The notes beneath the pieces are model-generated. The model worked only from the letters and a program-made list of their open reading frames with translations. It was not told where the DNA came from and did not search any database. Of a DNA stretch of 32,000 nucleotides, positions 1 to 8,555 are shown in pieces. This DNA comes from Halorhodospira halophila SL1 (GTDB lineage: Bacteria; Pseudomonadota; Gammaproteobacteria; Nitrococcales; Halorhodospiraceae). A program made the translations under genes and the position numbers. Location: positions 1,020,001-1,052,000 of the forward strand of contig NC_008789.1 of NCBI RefSeq assembly GCF_000015585.1, written 5' to 3'. Numbering within the stretch: the stretch's first letter is position 1; every line of letters begins with the position of its first letter.

Positions 1-228
1 CACCGGGTCACCCTGGGGCCAGCCCGGTCCCTCGGTCTGGAGGCCGGCACCCTGGCACCGGGGGCGGCGGCCGATGTGGCCGTCGTCGATCCGCAGCAGA
101 CCTGGCGGGTAACCCCGGAGAGCCTGCATAGCCGTGGCCGCAACTCCCTGGTCCTGGGCCAGGAGCTGGCCGGACGCACCACCGCCACCCTGGTCGCCGG
201 GCGCATCGTCTACCCGCGCACCCCGTGA
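1..228 (+). CDS. C-terminal fragment of a dihydroorotase-type amidohydrolase (PyrC or PyrC'-like); the 5' end lies outside the window
   Basis: Frame +1 is open from base 1 to the TGA at 226-228. The translated tail is AADVAVVDPQQTWRVTPESLHSRGRNSLVLGQELAGRTTATLVAGRIVYPRTP. It fits my recollection of the C-terminal segment of class I dihydroorotases (D..D....W.V......S+G+N.....G..L.G.......G+IV). High GC3. Confidence 0.6.
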   Translation, partial: HRVTLGPARSLGLEAGTLAPGAAADVAVVDPQQTWRVTPESLHSRGRNSLVLGQELAGRTTATLVAGRIVYPRTP

Positions 229-251
229 ACCGAACCGATTCGGAGGCAACC

Positions 252-1112
252 GTGAGCGCATCGCCCAACGTCGTCGACGTCACCGTCGAGAACTTCAAGG
301 AACAGGCCATCGATGCCTCGATGCAGCAGCCTGTGCTGATCTACTTCTGGGCGCAGTGGTGCGAGCCCTGCAAGACCCTCAGCCCGCTGCTGGAGAAGCT
401 GGCCGACGAGTACAAGGGCGGCTTCCGCCTGGCCAAGGTGGACTGCGATCAGCAGCAGCAGCTGGCTGCGCAGGTCGGGGTGCAGAGCCTGCCCACCGCC
501 CTGCTGGTCAAGGAGGGCCAGCCGGTGGACCAGTTCATGGGAGCGGTCCCCGAGGGGGAGCTGCGCCAATGGCTGGGTCAGTACGTGGAAGCGCCTGAGG
601 CCGACCCCTACGAGCAGGCCCGCGAGCTGATGAGCGAGGGCCGCTCCGCCGAGGCCGTCCCCTACCTGCGGGCCGCCCGGGAGCAGCGCCCCGATGACGC
701 CGGGGTGACCATCGACCTGGCCCGTGCGCTGCTGCAGAGCGGCGACGCCGACGAGGCCTTCACCCTGATTGAGGGGCTCTCCACCAACGACCAGCAGGAC
801 CCCCGCGCCCAGGGCATCCTGGCCCGCAAGGAGTTCGCCGAGCGGGTGCGCGACCTGCCCCCGCTCGAGACGCTGGAGCAGCGTGTGGAGGCCGACGCCG
901 GGGACGGCCAGGCCCGCCTGGAGCTCGCCCTGCGCTTGGTGGTCGCCGGCGGCGAGCTGGAGGCCCTCGATCACCTGCTGCATCTGGTCCAGCGCGACCG
1001 CGAGCGCCGCGACGAGGCCCACCAGGTGGCGCTGCAGGTGCTCGGCATGCTCGGCCCGGAGCACCCGGAGGCCCGCCGCTACCGCCAGCGGCTATTCCAG
1101 CTGCTCCATTGA
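252..1112 (+). CDS. ybbN: Thioredoxin-domain plus TPR co-chaperone (YbbN/CnoX family) with an intact WCEPC redox motif
   Basis: The ORF-track frame is 225..1112. The N-terminal thioredoxin fold (PVLIYFWAQWCEPCKTLSPLLEKLA...LAKVDCD...LPTALLVKEGQPVDQF.G) is followed by TPR-like helices. I prefer the GTG at 252 because GGAGG (242-246) sits 5 nt upstream. The GTG at 225 is the alternative and overlaps the upstream stop as GTGA. Confidence 0.85.
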   Translation: MSASPNVVDVTVENFKEQAIDASMQQPVLIYFWAQWCEPCKTLSPLLEKLADEYKGGFRLAKVDCDQQQQLAAQVGVQSLPTALLVKEGQPVDQFMGAVPEGELRQWLGQYVEAPEADPYEQARELMSEGRSAEAVPYLRAAREQRPDDAGVTIDLARALLQSGDADEAFTLIEGLSTNDQQDPRAQGILARKEFAERVRDLPPLETLEQRVEADAGDGQARLELALRLVVAGGELEALDHLLHLVQRDRERRDEAHQVALQVLGMLGPEHPEARRYRQRLFQLLH

Positions 1113-1134
1113 CCGTGGGGGCGCGCCGGCGGGG

Positions 1135-1917
1135 TCAGATGGCCTCGCCGGCCTCCTCGCCTGCCGCGCCGCTGCGCTCCAGCACTCGGTCGATGAAGGC
1201 CCGGGTCTCGTACGGGGCCCGGCGGTGCAGCAGCCAGCGCAGGTCCTCGAGGGTCTGCAGGTTGGGATTGGAGAGCAGGTTGCGATAGACGTTCCCGGGC
1301 CCCCAGTTGTAGGCGGCCAGGCTCAGCCAGGTGGCCATCGGCTCGCCGTAGCTGGCGTAGCGCTCGTGGAGATGGGCCAGGTAGTGGCTGCCGATGAGGA
1401 CATTCAGCCGCGGGTCGGCCAGATCCTCGTCCTCGATCTCCAGCCCCTCGCGCTCGCTGAAGCGCTCCAGCCACTCGGGCACCCGATCACCGACGTCCAC
1501 CGCCGCCACCGGGCGGACCTGCATCAGACCGACGGCGCCGGCGCTGCTCACCACCCCCGGGCGGTAGTCGCTCTCGGTGCGCACGACGGCGCGGATCAGA
1601 TCGGCGCTGAGGCCGGTCACCTCGGCCGCCTCGTCCACCAGCTCATCCAGGCGCTTGCGGGGGATGACGCGGTTGGAGCCGACTTCCAGGTGACGCTCGG
1701 CCTGGCGGTCTTCGACAATGGTCTCGACCACCGCGCGGGAGACCTCGGGCATCCCCGCCGAGGCGCGCAGGCGCTCGAGTTGCTCGGAGTCGCCGACGCC
1801 GGCCGTGGCGCCGCCGCCGCGCTCGGCCGCCCACGGCGAGTGGTGCAGGTGGTACGCCCCGAACGAGGCAAGCACCAGGCTGCAGCCGCCGATGAGCCAG
1901 TTGGCGTGCATACGCAT
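1135..1917 (-). CDS. SLT-domain lytic murein transglycosylase with an N-terminal anchor or possible lipoprotein signal
   Basis: The catalytic-type motif RTESDYRPGVVSSAGAVGLMQV is present in ORF 1135..2052. I chose the internal ATG at 1917 (MRMHANWLIGGCSLVLASF) because GGAAGGGGG lies just upstream and a hydrophobic leader with a possible lipobox (IGGC) follows. Confidence 0.85.
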   Translation of the reverse strand: MRMHANWLIGGCSLVLASFGAYHLHHSPWAAERGGGATAGVGDSEQLERLRASAGMPEVSRAVVETIVEDRQAERHLEVGSNRVIPRKRLDELVDEAAEVTGLSADLIRAVVRTESDYRPGVVSSAGAVGLMQVRPVAAVDVGDRVPEWLERFSEREGLEIEDEDLADPRLNVLIGSHYLAHLHERYASYGEPMATWLSLAAYNWGPGNVYRNLLSNPNLQTLEDLRWLLHRRAPYETRAFIDRVLERSGAAGEEAGEAI

Positions 1918-2078
1918 GACGCACCCCCTTCCACGAAGCCGTGCCAATTTCCCTACTGTAACACGGGTAACCGACAGGAGCGGGCCCCGCCCGTGGCGCG
2001 GTTCGACGCGGCAGTCAGCGCCCCGTATCATTCCCAGGGCCGGTTCTTCCAAACAGCATAGACGGGATCCGAGGGGTC

Positions 2079-2765
2079 ATGAGCGAGATTGCCACCCGCC
2101 TCGCGGCCGTTCAGGAGCGCGTACGCGCCGCCGAGGCCGACTGCGGCCGCCCGGCCGGCAGCGTACAGATCCTGGCGGTCAGCAAACGCCACTCCGCGGC
2201 CGCCATGCGCGCGGCGTACACCGCCGGGCAGCACGCCTTCGGCGAGAACTACCTGCAGGAGGCCACCGAGAAGCAGGCCGAGCTGGCTGATCTGGCGCTG
2301 GAGTGGCACTTTATCGGGGGCGTGCAGTCCAACAAGACCCGCGAGGTGGCGGAACGGTTCGACTGGGTCCACACCGTCGATCGGGCCAAGATCGCCCGGC
2401 GGCTCAGCGAGCAGCGCCCGCCGGACCACCCACCCCTCAACGTGTGCCTGCAGGTCAATATCAGCGAGGAGCCGCAGAAGGCCGGCTGTCTCCCGGACGA
2501 CGTCGGAGACCTCGCTGCCGCCGTGGACCGCCTGCCGCAGCTGCGCCTGCGCGGGCTGATGGCCCTCCCCGCCCCGGCGGAGGGGTTCGATGCGCAGCGC
2601 CGCCCCCTGGCCCGGCTGCGCGAACTCCAGCAGGCACTGCGCGAGGGCGGCCACCACGGACTGGATACGCTGTCGATGGGTATGTCGGCAGACCTCGAGG
2701 CGGCCATCGCCGAGGGGGCCACCATCGTACGGATCGGTACCGCGATCTTCGGACCGCGCGAATAG
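2079..2765 (+). CDS. yggS: YggS-family pyridoxal-phosphate homeostasis protein
   Basis: Motifs ILAVSKRHS (PLP lysine), FGENYLQEA, WHFIGGVQSNKT, LSMGMSADLEAAI and VRIGTAIFG. A GAGGGG SD lies upstream of the ATG. Confidence 0.93.
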   Translation: MSEIATRLAAVQERVRAAEADCGRPAGSVQILAVSKRHSAAAMRAAYTAGQHAFGENYLQEATEKQAELADLALEWHFIGGVQSNKTREVAERFDWVHTVDRAKIARRLSEQRPPDHPPLNVCLQVNISEEPQKAGCLPDDVGDLAAAVDRLPQLRLRGLMALPAPAEGFDAQRRPLARLRELQQALREGGHHGLDTLSMGMSADLEAAIAEGATIVRIGTAIFGPRE

Positions 2766-2778
2766 AGGAGGAGTCACC

Positions 2779-3609
2779 ATGGCCCAGGATGCGCGGATCG
2801 CCTTCATCGGAGGCGGCAACATGGCCCGCTCGCTGATCGGCGGGCTGATCGCCGATGGCTACCCGGCCACCCATATCGTCGCCAGCGAGCCCGACACCGA
2901 GCGCCGCGAACGTCTCGCCGGCGAGCTGGGCATCGCGACCTGCGCGGACAACGCCACCGCCGCCGAGGGCGCCGATGCGGTGATCCTGGCGGTCAAGCCG
3001 CAGGTCATGCGCGGCGTGGCCGAGGCCCTCGGGCCGATCATCGCCAACCACGGCGCGGTGGCGATCTCCATCGCCGCCGGCATTCGCCTGGGCGACCTGC
3101 AGCGGTGGCTGGGCGCCGGCACAGCCATCGTGCGCACCATGCCCAACACCCCCTCGCTGGTGCAGAGCGGCGCCACGGCGCTCTACGCCAACGAGCACAC
3201 CAGCGAGGCGCAACGCGACCTGGCCGAGACCCTGCTGCGCGCCGTGGGCCAGACCCGCTGGCTGGAGAACGAGCAGCAGATGGATGCGGTCACCGCCATC
3301 TCCGGCAGCGGCCCGGCGTACTTCTTCCTGGTCATGGAGGCGCTGGAGGAGGCCGGGGTCGAACTCGGCCTGGACCGCGAGACGGCACGGCTGCTGACCC
3401 TGGAGACGGCCACCGGGGCCGCCCGCATGGCCCTCGAATCCGACGATCCGCCGGCGCAGCTGCGTCAGCGGGTGACCTCACCAGGGGGCACCACCGAGCG
3501 CGCCCTGGAAGTCCTCGAAGCGTCCGATCTGCGCGGTGCGCTGCAGCGGGCGGCCGAGGCCGCCGCCAGCCGTGCCGATGAGCTTGGCAACCTGCTAGGG
3601 GAGCAGTAA
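2779..3609 (+). CDS. proC: Pyrroline-5-carboxylate reductase
   Basis: The start is the ATG at 2779, preceded by GAGGAGGAG. The N-terminal Rossmann motif is [17 protein letters not shown], and [12 protein letters not shown] lies near the C-terminus. The longer track ORF from 2590 overlaps yggS and looks like a spurious extension. Confidence 0.93.
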   Translation: MAQDARIAFIGGGNMARSLIGGLIADGYPATHIVASEPDTERRERLAGELGIATCADNATAAEGADAVILAVKPQVMRGVAEALGPIIANHGAVAISIAAGIRLGDLQRWLGAGTAIVRTMPNTPSLVQSGATALYANEHTSEAQRDLAETLLRAVGQTRWLENEQQMDAVTAISGSGPAYFFLVMEALEEAGVELGLDRETARLLTLETATGAARMALESDDPPAQLRQRVTSPGGTTERALEVLEASDLRGALQRAAEAAASRADELGNLLGEQ

Positions 3610-4187
3610 TGGAATCCAACCACTTCGCCGACGCCCTGATCTTCCTGATCGCCACCGCCTTCTCACTCTACATCCTGGCGGTGATGCTGCGTTTCCTGCT
3701 GCAGACGGCGCGGGCCGACTTCTTCAACCCGATCTCGCAGTTCCTGGTGCGCGCCACCTCGCCGGTGCTCAACCCCCTGCGCCGGATCATCCCCGGGGTG
3801 GGCGGCATCGACCTGGCGGCCATCGTCCTGATGTTCGTCCTGCAACTGGCGGCGCTGTACATCATCTTCCTGCTCGCCTACGGGCAGCAGCCGCCACTCG
3901 GGCCGCTGGCCATCGAGACCGTGGGCCGGTTGCTGGGCCTGCTCCTGAACCTCTACACGATCCTCATCCTCATCGGCGTGATCGTCAGCTGGGTCAACCC
4001 CACCGCCAGCCACCCGGGGCTGCATCTGCTTCACCAGCTGGTCAGCCCGATCCTGCGGCCGATTCGCTCCTTCCTGCCGGACATGGGCGGGCTGGACCTG
4101 TCGCCGCTGATCGCCCTGGTGCTGATCCACGTGGTGCGGATGCTCACCGTCTATCCGCTGCGGGGCCAGGTGCCGCTGCCGATGTAG
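3609..4187 (+). CDS. yggT: YggT-family integral membrane protein
   Basis: Multi-TM protein containing [25 protein letters not shown] and a second [13 protein letters not shown] repeat. The start overlaps the proC stop (TAATG). This is the classic yggS-proC-yggT-yggU neighbourhood. Confidence 0.9.
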   Translation: MESNHFADALIFLIATAFSLYILAVMLRFLLQTARADFFNPISQFLVRATSPVLNPLRRIIPGVGGIDLAAIVLMFVLQLAALYIIFLLAYGQQPPLGPLAIETVGRLLGLLLNLYTILILIGVIVSWVNPTASHPGLHLLHQLVSPILRPIRSFLPDMGGLDLSPLIALVLIHVVRMLTVYPLRGQVPLPM

Positions 4188-4199
4188 CCACCCCGCTCC

Positions 4200-4228
4200 C
4201 GAGGCCGCCGGAGACGCCGGCGGCCTCG
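4200..4228 (+). other. Perfect 12-bp GC-rich stem-loop between yggT and yggU, with no U-tract
   Basis: CGAGGCCGCCGG (4200-4211), loop AGACG, CCGGCGGCCTCG (4217-4228). All 12 pairs are Watson-Crick. It is followed by GCCGCCGCC rather than T residues. Confidence 0.5.
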
Positions 4229-4275
4229 CCGCCGCCGCGGCCCCATCGCCCCCACGAACCGGTATCGCCGACGCC

Positions 4276-4581
4276 ATGCCCTGGATCACCCCGGACCCGG
4301 AACAAGACGCCTGGCTGGTGCACGTCCGCGTCACCCCTCGGGCCAAACGCGAGTCGCTGGACGTCGAGGGCGAGCGGTTGCGCGTGCGCCTCAACACCCC
4401 ACCGGTGGACGGCAAGGCCAACACCGCCCTGCGCAAGCTGCTGGCCCGGCAGTTCGGTGTCGCCAAGTCGGCGGTGTCGCTGCTGCGTGGCGAGCGCAGC
4501 CGCGACAAGACGGTGCGCATCACCGCGCCCAAGCAGTGGCCGGCCGGGCTGCCGCACCCGGGGGAGCCGCCGGCACCCTGA
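4276..4581 (+). CDS. yggU: DUF167 (YggU) family protein
   Basis: [12 protein letters not shown]...[45 protein letters not shown] resembles E. coli YggU. The SD is weak, so the start is a little uncertain. Confidence 0.85.
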   Translation: MPWITPDPEQDAWLVHVRVTPRAKRESLDVEGERLRVRLNTPPVDGKANTALRKLLARQFGVAKSAVSLLRGERSRDKTVRITAPKQWPAGLPHPGEPPAP

Positions 4582-4587
4582 GGCGGC

Positions 4588-4617
4588 TTGTCCCAGCCAT
4601 AGCCGGCTCGCTAGACT
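4588..4617 (+). promoter_or_regulatory. Candidate sigma70-type promoter for metX-metW
   Basis: TTGTCC (4588-4593), an 18-nt spacer, then TAGACT (4612-4617), about 32 nt upstream of the metX ATG. This is a pattern match only. Confidence 0.3.
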
Positions 4618-4648
4618 GCACGGCTATTGCTCAGCGAGCGGAAGCGTC

Positions 4649-5797
4649 ATGGTCAGAAGCCCGCCAACCGACTCTGTCGGACTGGTGACCCAGCACAAGG
4701 CCACCTTCGAGGAGCCCCTGCCGCTCGTCTGCGGGAGGGAGCTGCCCCGTTATGAGCTGGTCTACGAGACCTACGGCGAGCTCAATCGCGAGGGCACCAA
4801 CGCCATCCTGGTCTGCCACGCCCTCTCCGGCAATCACCACGCCGCCGGTTACCACTCCGAGCACGATCGCAAACCGGGGTGGTGGGAGACGTGTATCGGC
4901 CCGGGCAAGCCCCTGGACACCAATCGCTTCTTCGTCGTCTGCAGCAATAACCTGGGCGGCTGCCACGGCTCCACCGGACCGGCGAGCATCAACCCGGAGA
5001 CCGGCAAACCCTACGGCGACCAGTTCCCCATCGTCACCGTGCGCGACTGGGTGCGCAGCCAGGCGCGCCTGGCCGACGAGCTGGGTATCCGTCAGTGGGC
5101 GGCGGTGGCCGGCGGCAGCCTGGGCGGCATGCAGGCGATGCAGTGGGCCATCGACTACCCCGAGCGCCTGCGCCACGCCATCGTCATCGCCGCCGCTCCG
5201 CGGCTGTCGGCCCAGAACATCGGCTTCAACGAGGTCGCCCGGCAGGCGATTATGAGCGACCCGGAGTTCCACGGCGGGCGCTACTACGACTACGGCGTCT
5301 CGCCCCGGCGGGGGCTGGCGGTGGCGCGCATGCTCGGCCACATCACCTACCTCTCGGACGACGCCATGCGCGCGAAGTTCGGCCGCGACCTGCGTGGCGA
5401 CATGAGCTTCGACTTCGAGCAGGTGGATTTCGAGGTCGAGAGCTACCTGCGCTACCAGGGGCAGCGCTTCGTGCAGGACTTCGACGCCAACACCTACCTG
5501 CTGATGACCAAGGCCCTCGACTACTTCGACCCGGCCGCCGACCACGATGACGACTTCTCGGCAGCCCTGGCCCACATCCAGTGCTCGACGCTGCTGCTCT
5601 CCTTCTCCAGCGACTGGCGCTTCGCCCCGGCGCGCTCGCGCGAGATCCTCCGCGCGCTGCTGGAGCACAACAAGCCAGTCAGCTACATGGAGATCGAGGC
5701 CACCCAGGGCCACGACGCCTTCCTGATGCCCATCCAGCGCTACCTGGAGGCCTTCTCCGCCTACATGGGCAACGTCGCCCGGGAGGTGGGGGCGTGA
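4649..5797 (+). CDS. metX: Homoserine O-acyltransferase MetX (acetyl or succinyl specificity not decidable here)
   Basis: [12 protein letters not shown]...[17 protein letters not shown], the nucleophile elbow [12 protein letters not shown], and C-terminal GHDAFL. The start is the ATG at 4649. The track ORF from 4457 overlaps yggU. Confidence 0.93.
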   Translation: MVRSPPTDSVGLVTQHKATFEEPLPLVCGRELPRYELVYETYGELNREGTNAILVCHALSGNHHAAGYHSEHDRKPGWWETCIGPGKPLDTNRFFVVCSNNLGGCHGSTGPASINPETGKPYGDQFPIVTVRDWVRSQARLADELGIRQWAAVAGGSLGGMQAMQWAIDYPERLRHAIVIAAAPRLSAQNIGFNEVARQAIMSDPEFHGGRYYDYGVSPRRGLAVARMLGHITYLSDDAMRAKFGRDLRGDMSFDFEQVDFEVESYLRYQGQRFVQDFDANTYLLMTKALDYFDPAADHDDDFSAALAHIQCSTLLLSFSSDWRFAPARSREILRALLEHNKPVSYMEIEATQGHDAFLMPIQRYLEAFSAYMGNVAREVGA

Positions 5798-6408
5798 ATC
5801 CGCTGCGCCGCGAGCTAGAGATCGTCGCCGAATGGATCGAGCCGGGCTCCCGGGTGCTCGACCTGGGCTGCGGCGACGGCACGCTGCTCCACTACCTGGT
5901 CCAGCGCAAGGGTGTGACCGCCTACGGGCTGGAGATCGACCCGCGCAAGGTCACCCGGTGTATGGACCGCGGCGTCAACGTGGTGCGCGCCGACCTGGAC
6001 GAGGGGCTGGACGACTTCCACCGCGACAGCTTCGACCACGTCATCATGAGCCAGACCGTCCAGGCGGTGCGCTACCCGGACAAGCTCCTCGAGGATATGC
6101 TGCGCGTCGGTCGCCACGGCATCGTGACCTTCCCCAACATCGGCTACTGGCGGCTGCGTATGCAGTTGCTGCTGAAGGGGCGCATGCCGCGCAGCCCGGC
6201 CCTGCCCAACGCCTGGTACAACTCGCCCAACATCCACCTGTGCACGGTGCGCGACTTCGAGCGGCTGTGCGCCACCATGGGCGTGCAGATCCGCGAGCGA
6301 CGCCTGCTCGACCGGGCGCACCGTTCCACGCCGTTCATCGACCTGGCGCCGAACCTCCTCGGCGAGGTGGCCATCTACCGCTTCGTACGCGGCAGCGAGT
6401 CGCTGTAG
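5794..6408 (+). CDS. metW: Methionine biosynthesis protein MetW (SAM-methyltransferase fold)
   Basis: The GTG at 5794 overlaps the metX TGA (GTGA). Motifs are [29 protein letters not shown] and SQTVQAV. This is the typical metX-metW pair. Confidence 0.9.
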   Translation: MNPLRRELEIVAEWIEPGSRVLDLGCGDGTLLHYLVQRKGVTAYGLEIDPRKVTRCMDRGVNVVRADLDEGLDDFHRDSFDHVIMSQTVQAVRYPDKLLEDMLRVGRHGIVTFPNIGYWRLRMQLLLKGRMPRSPALPNAWYNSPNIHLCTVRDFERLCATMGVQIRERRLLDRAHRSTPFIDLAPNLLGEVAIYRFVRGSESL

Positions 6409-6484
6409 AATCGGGCAGGGGTGGGCGGTCGCCGCACTACGGCGGCCCGTCCGCGGTCTCACCTGGCAGGCAACCGGGAAGTCT

Positions 6485-7171
6485 ATGCAGCCCGAGTACG
6501 TGCGCTACAACCAGACCGTCGTCGAGCGGCGCCGCTCCGCTTACCAGGAGATCGTGATCGCCCACGATCCGGCGGTGGGGCACCTGCTCTACCTCGACGA
6601 CGACCTCCAGATCGCGAACGCCGACGACCCCTACAACCAGGCGATCACCCGTCCCCTGCGCGAGTCGAATGCGCTGGGCGATGTGCTCATCCTCGGCGGT
6701 GGCGACGGCGGGGTGTTGCGCGCCCTGCTCGACGCCGGGGCACGCCGGGCGGTGCTGGTGGATATCGACGGCGAGGTCATCGAGCTGTCGCGGCAGTATC
6801 TGCCGGATCTCTGCGGCGACGCCTTCGACCGCCCCGGCGCCGAGGTGGTGGTCGGCGACGCCTTCGCCTACCTCGACGCCGAGGAGCGCTGGGACGGCAT
6901 CATCTACGACCTGACCATGGACCCGGTCCGCGAGGACCAGCCGCGCACTGAGTACATCCGCGAGATCCTCGCCAAGGTCTCGGCCCGGCTGCGCCCCGGC
7001 GGGGTGCTGGGCATGCAGTGCTGTGGCGCCGACGAACCCGGCCTGCGCGAGGAGATCCGTGCGGGCCTGGCGCACACCTTCGTTGATTGGGGTGACTGGG
7101 AGGACGAGGTGCCGTCCTTCGATGTGCCCTGGGTCTTTGCCTGGGCGCGCATCCCGCGGGAGGAATCGTGA
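6485..7171 (+). CDS. Short spermidine-synthase-like (PABS fold) protein lacking most of the usual N-terminal domain
   Basis: SAYQEIVI...LYLDDDLQ, VLILGGGDGGVLRALL, VLVDIDGEVIELSRQYLP, VVVGDAFAYL and IIYDLTMDP. These parallel the SpeE motifs S.YQ.I, GGGDGG, EID..V, GDG..F and D.TDP, but with substitutions. Confidence 0.7.
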   Translation: MQPEYVRYNQTVVERRRSAYQEIVIAHDPAVGHLLYLDDDLQIANADDPYNQAITRPLRESNALGDVLILGGGDGGVLRALLDAGARRAVLVDIDGEVIELSRQYLPDLCGDAFDRPGAEVVVGDAFAYLDAEERWDGIIYDLTMDPVREDQPRTEYIREILAKVSARLRPGGVLGMQCCGADEPGLREEIRAGLAHTFVDWGDWEDEVPSFDVPWVFAWARIPREES

Positions 7172-8091
7172 CGACCTGGCTGATCACCCACCCCCAGTGC
7201 CTCGAGCACGACGCCGGCACCGGCCACCCGGAGAGCGCCGCGCGCCTGCAGGCCATCCTGCAGGCGCTGCAGCACGCCACCTTCGAGTACGTCCTGCGCG
7301 AGGAGGCACCGCTGGCGACGGTCGAGCAGCTAGAGCTGGCCCACGACCCGACCTACGTACGCTCGCTGCTCGATAGCGTCCCCGCCGAAGGGGCCCGGCA
7401 CATCGACCCGGACACCCGGCTCTGCCCGGCCACCGGCGAGGCCGCCCGGCGGGCCGCCGGGGCCGTCTGCCACGGGGTCGACGGCGTGCTCTCGGGCAAG
7501 GCGCAGCGGGTTTTCTGCGCGGTGCGCCCACCCGGCCACCACGCCGAGCCGGACCGCGCCATGGGCTTCTGCTTCTTCAACAACATCGCCGTCGGCGCCG
7601 GCCACGCGGTGGCGCACTACGGCCTGCAGCGGGTGGCGATGATCGATTTCGACGTCCACCACGGCAACGGCACCGAGGCGATCAGCCGCGGCCGCCCGGG
7701 GTTCTACTACTTCTCGACCCACCAGCACCCGCTGTTCCCCGGCACCGGCACTCCGGGCAGCGACGCCCCGGCGAATATCGTCAACGCCACCCTGGCCGAC
7801 GGCGACGGCTCCGAGGCCTTCCGTGAGGCCTTCACGGGGACCATCCTCCCCGCGCTGGAGGATCTGCAGCCGGAGCTGATTCTGATCTCGGCGGGCTTCG
7901 ATGCCCACCGCTCCGATCCGTTGGCCACCCTGCAACTGGACGAGACCGACTTCGCCTGGGCCACCCGAGAGCTGGTGGACGTGGCCAAGCGCCACTGCCA
8001 GGGGCGGGTGGTCTCGGTCCTCGAGGGCGGCTACAACACCTCCGTGGTCGGCCGCTGCGCCGCGGCCCACCTCGAGGCGCTGATGATGTAG
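7168..8091 (+). CDS. Histone-deacetylase-superfamily Zn amidohydrolase (HDAC / acetylpolyamine amidohydrolase-like)
   Basis: RPPGHHAE, GFCFFNNIAV, IDFDVHHGNGTE, ISAGFDAH and VLEGGYN are all present. The GTG start, with a GGGAGGA SD, overlaps the upstream stop (GTGA at 7168-7171). Confidence 0.9.
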   Translation: MTTWLITHPQCLEHDAGTGHPESAARLQAILQALQHATFEYVLREEAPLATVEQLELAHDPTYVRSLLDSVPAEGARHIDPDTRLCPATGEAARRAAGAVCHGVDGVLSGKAQRVFCAVRPPGHHAEPDRAMGFCFFNNIAVGAGHAVAHYGLQRVAMIDFDVHHGNGTEAISRGRPGFYYFSTHQHPLFPGTGTPGSDAPANIVNATLADGDGSEAFREAFTGTILPALEDLQPELILISAGFDAHRSDPLATLQLDETDFAWATRELVDVAKRHCQGRVVSVLEGGYNTSVVGRCAAAHLEALMM

Positions 8092-8100
8092 GCTAACGGC

Positions 8101-8547
8101 ATGCACGTGGAGGCGAACCGGAGCCCGTACCTTAACCCCGCTGAACGCCTGCGCGGGGGGCAGCGTACCCAGCAGCCCCCGGCTGCCGGGCAGCCGGACT
8201 TTGCCCGCCACGCCGAGGCCGCCCGTAGCAGCCCCCTGGTCCGTCCCCCGGCCCAGCCCACCGAGGGCCTGGCCAGTGGCAACGTGGGACCACCGTCACC
8301 GCAAGCCGGCGGGGTGGGCGGTTTCCAGCCGCCCGAGCTGATCGCCGCCCGCTTCGACGGCCAGGAGCGCAGCCTCACACCCCAGGCCGGCCTGCACGCC
8401 GGGGGCGGTCAAGCCGGCAGCGGCCACTACAGCCCCCGCCCGGACACCGAGGACCTGCCCCGGGGCCTGCAACAGCTGGTCGAGGTCCAGGCCATGGCGC
8501 AGCCCGACGTGCTCGGCCGTGGCGGCCGCCTGGACCTGACCGTCTAA
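8101..8547 (+). CDS. Hypothetical Pro/Gly/Gln/Ala-rich, probably disordered protein (148 aa)
   Basis: Open frame with a G/C-dominated third codon position. It sits 9 nt after the HDAC-like stop and 8 nt before zapE. I recognise no motif and see no clear SD. The opposite-strand ORFs here look like shadows. Confidence 0.45.
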   Translation: MHVEANRSPYLNPAERLRGGQRTQQPPAAGQPDFARHAEAARSSPLVRPPAQPTEGLASGNVGPPSPQAGGVGGFQPPELIAARFDGQERSLTPQAGLHAGGGQAGSGHYSPRPDTEDLPRGLQQLVEVQAMAQPDVLGRGGRLDLTV

Positions 8548-8555
8548 GCCCGCCC

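Noticed and set aside
1954-1978. TACTGT...ACAG resembling a LexA SOS box in the SLT/yggS divergent region
   Set aside because: The spacing between CTGT (1956-1959) and ACAG (1974-1977) is 14 nt, not the 8 nt of the gammaproteobacterial SOS box. No SOS gene is adjacent.
2590-2778. Long 5' extensions of track ORFs: proC from 2590, metX from 4457, metW from 5581, bioF to 15066, rph to 26333, yicC from 27666, SLT to 2052, comF from 15880
   Set aside because: The extensions overlap the preceding gene or lack homolog-like sequence. Internal starts have good SD sequences or 4-nt stop/start overlaps, and they give N-termini matching the family.
4582-4648. Possible SAM riboswitch upstream of metX
   Set aside because: I cannot recognise conserved core sequences of any SAM riboswitch class here. 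At 67 nt the leader is very short, and it may be partly promoter. I kept it only as a generic alternative-structure observation.
6427-6447. Hairpin after metW as a terminator separating metXW from the SpeE-like gene
   Set aside because: The stem is only 8 bp, includes a G-U pair, and has no U-tract. This is too weak to call, so operon continuity across the 76-nt gap is left open.
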